DNA from: Candidatus Latescibacterota bacterium
Lineage (GTDB): Bacteria; Latescibacterota; UBA2968
DNA: 64,000 bases
Direction: 5' to 3'
Assembly: GCA_965205975.1 (NCBI GenBank)
Contig: OZ242195.1
Location: 2,080,001-2,144,000, forward strand
The notes beneath the pieces were generated by a model, which was given only the letters and a program-made list of their open reading frames with translations, was not told where the DNA came from and made no database searches. Positions 61,934 through 64,000 of the stretch are shown here, one piece after another; position 1 is the stretch's first letter, and every line of letters begins with the position of its first letter. A program made the position numbers and the translations under genes.

Positions 61934-63849
61934 GTCCGTACCTCCCGCGCGCTCAAATACGCGGCGTAAAAATGTTCGAGCAAAAGCAAGATGAGCAAAA
62001 ATCCAAGCACCCAGCGGCCGTATTCATACACAATCGAAAGATCAACCGATGGTTTCCCATCTCTCTGAAATAATACGGGCGTATCGCACAGCCGAATCTC
62101 AAATTCCGCGGGCGTTATCCGCGCCAAATCGCTCTCTCGATCCGCAACATTGACCGATGCGATTTGCGTCCCCCACTGATATACGCCGGGCCCGTGAAAT
62201 ATGCGCGCATCGCCAACTACAGAATCCAATCCCTCTGGTCCCAGAACCCGTTCCATTACATCAGAAGTACTTATGGCATCACCAACCAGATAATCTGTCT
62301 CAATCTCCCGATCACCTGACAAATAGCGCAACGTCTCGTGCAACAAAGGTACAAACCGCGGCGTCCGCGCCAGATTTGACCGATCAAACCCCATTCCACC
62401 ACCCCAGACCACGATGCGACCTTCTCCTATTTTGCCTTCGACAATAGCGGGCATAAGATCGTCGTATTTTGCCAACACCGCGGCTGAACTGTCGGCGTTA
62501 ATAACGTGGTAATTCTCATAGCGTACAGACGAAAAATCGTTAAACCGCGCCCCCTTAAAAGGACGAAAAATTGGGTGTTCCAAATCGACCCACGCCAGCG
62601 CGGCATAACCCGCATCCTCCACCCCGGAGACCCGTATATTTGCACGAGCGAGCAAGGCATTCACAGACTGAATATCAGCATCTCGCCGAAGTGGCAAAAA
62701 CAGCGCGCCGCCTTCTTCAACATAATCTGCAAACTCACTTACAGAAACCACATCTTCGGCAATCACCACCGATCCTATAAGTTCCCCAGACCAGATCAAT
62801 CGCCAGTCCGCGCCTTCGGGCACAGCAGCTTTGAGCATAAACTGCGTGACCTCCGAAGTGTTCAACACCGCGATGGGATGTTGCGGTTTGGCAATCCACG
62901 CAAAAAAACGGCGATCATCTCGCTGTAATCCATCGCCTCCGGCAAGTGCGACATATCCGTTTATCCCATCCTCCAGAGGCACGGAGAAAGCCACCTGCGT
63001 GGCATTGCCCTGCAACACCGTCATATCGCGCGTTTCTACCACTCCTCCACCGACCACCAGTTGTGCGGCAAGTCCCCCTTGCCCAGACCAATTTCTCACC
63101 CGGGCGCGAACCCGCAAAACATCGTCCTTTACAGCCCGCACAGCGAGCGCGTCAACCGACGCATTGGACACAGCGTTCTCCCCCACATCCACCGCTTGAA
63201 GCTCAATCGCGCCCGGCAGTCGCCATCCCATATCGGACACCGGCATGCCACTCGCCTGAAAATCGCTGATCACATGAATCACGCGCCGCACCTGCGCAGT
63301 ATCAGCCGCAAAAACATGCTCAACCGCCTGAAGAGCCAAAACATAATCCGTATGTCCCCACGTCACATCGGCGATCTCAATAGCGTGTCGAACATCTGCC
63401 ACATCACCCGAAAGCGGCACATCCACCACGGCCTGCTGTGCAAATCGCACAAATCCAACCCGATCCCCCGGCTCCACAGTCTCCAGCAAGGATTTCGCCC
63501 TCATCTTCGCACGCTCCCACACCCCGTCATATCCCATACTCAGCGAAACATCCATCGCAATCACATGATCAGTCGTTCCCGAAGACACCGCCTCAGCATC
63601 CAACATCATCTCTTGAAAAGGCCGCGCAAACGCAAGTGCCAGGGCAACCAACGCAGCCATTCGCAACAACATCAACACAACGTGTTGAACGCGCCTGCGC
63701 TCAATCACCTCGCGCTTAACATCGGGCACAAACATCAAACTGCTAAACCGCACAGTCTCGCGCTCGGGACGGCGAATGCGATGCACAAAATAGGGAATGC
63801 CAATCAGCGCAACGCCAAATGCAAATAGCGGGACCAGCAACCCCATCAC
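61930..63849 (-). CDS. BatA-domain / vWA protein
   Basis: IP..VH..FSSL.F..LLR..AFARP; DVSLSM MIDAS; ISDFQ. Confidence 0.82.
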   Translation of the reverse strand: MMGLLVPLFAFGVALIGIPYFVHRIRRPERETVRFSSLMFVPDVKREVIERRRVQHVVLMLLRMAALVALALAFARPFQEMMLDAEAVSSGTTDHVIAMDVSLSMGYDGVWERAKMRAKSLLETVEPGDRVGFVRFAQQAVVDVPLSGDVADVRHAIEIADVTWGHTDYVLALQAVEHVFAADTAQVRRVIHVISDFQASGMPVSDMGWRLPGAIELQAVDVGENAVSNASVDALAVRAVKDDVLRVRARVRNWSGQGGLAAQLVVGGGVVETRDMTVLQGNATQVAFSVPLEDGINGYVALAGGDGLQRDDRRFFAWIAKPQHPIAVLNTSEVTQFMLKAAVPEGADWRLIWSGELIGSVVIAEDVVSVSEFADYVEEGGALFLPLRRDADIQSVNALLARANIRVSGVEDAGYAALAWVDLEHPIFRPFKGARFNDFSSVRYENYHVINADSSAAVLAKYDDLMPAIVEGKIGEGRIVVWGGGMGFDRSNLARTPRFVPLLHETLRYLSGDREIETDYLVGDAISTSDVMERVLGPEGLDSVVGDARIFHGPGVYQWGTQIASVNVADRESDLARITPAEFEIRLCDTPVLFQRDGKPSVDLSIVYEYGRWVLGFLLILLLLEHFYAAYLSAREVRT

Positions 63850-64000
63850 ACACCTCCCGACCGCCTGCTCGGCGTGATCAGCCCATCGTTGCGCCGATGT
63901 AAAAATTGATGCAACGCCATATCTAAGGGTTCAGAACACGCGAACTCTTCAATATCGATCTCCGCTGCCAAACACGCTTCTCTTATCGCGTTAAAATGTC
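63846..64000 (-). CDS. C-terminus of probable DUF58 protein (5' end outside the window)
   Basis: HFNAIREACLAAEIDIEEFACSEPLDMALHQFLHRR..*, directly upstream of the BatA gene. Confidence 0.6.
   Translation of the reverse strand, partial: HFNAIREACLAAEIDIEEFACSEPLDMALHQFLHRRNDGLITPSRRSGGV

Overview
Bacterial chromosomal window. Gene content (swf-like PKS, GWxTD and DUF6785-type proteins, sulfatases, PhyH, Bat/vWA operon) suggests a sponge-symbiont-type lineage such as Latescibacterota/Poribacteria; this is inference, not a taxonomic assignment. In order: (1) a 2336-aa monomodular fully reducing type I PKS/FAS followed by a B12-dependent radical SAM gene that runs off the left edge and is missing from the ORF track; (2) two tandem STAS proteins; (3) a decayed type I restriction-modification locus (hsdM reduced to a 3' stub; hsdR with a frameshift, a nonsense codon and a deletion fusing it to an M48 peptidase remnant) that still carries intact HEPN-motif and Schlafen/AlbA-ATPase genes between hsdS and hsdR; (4) metabolic and envelope genes and an ECF-sigma operon lacking an anti-sigma gene; (5) a + strand carbohydrate/sulfatase cluster interrupted by accessory genes (DUF2442, HNH, RHH-PIN), with a diverged duplicate of a sulfatase 3' end marking an insertion; (6) an AT-rich candidate defence islet (ABC-type ATPase + PD-(D/E)XK partner + reader-nuclease); (7) sulfatase and a 2-oxoacid/acetoin dehydrogenase E2-E1a-E1b set; (8) hicBA, tRNA-Leu(TAA), tRNA-Cys(GCA); (9) a DUF58/BatA/vWA operon at the right edge. 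No CRISPR array, rRNA, integrase or transposase seen. Family calls come from motif recognition by eye, with no database search.
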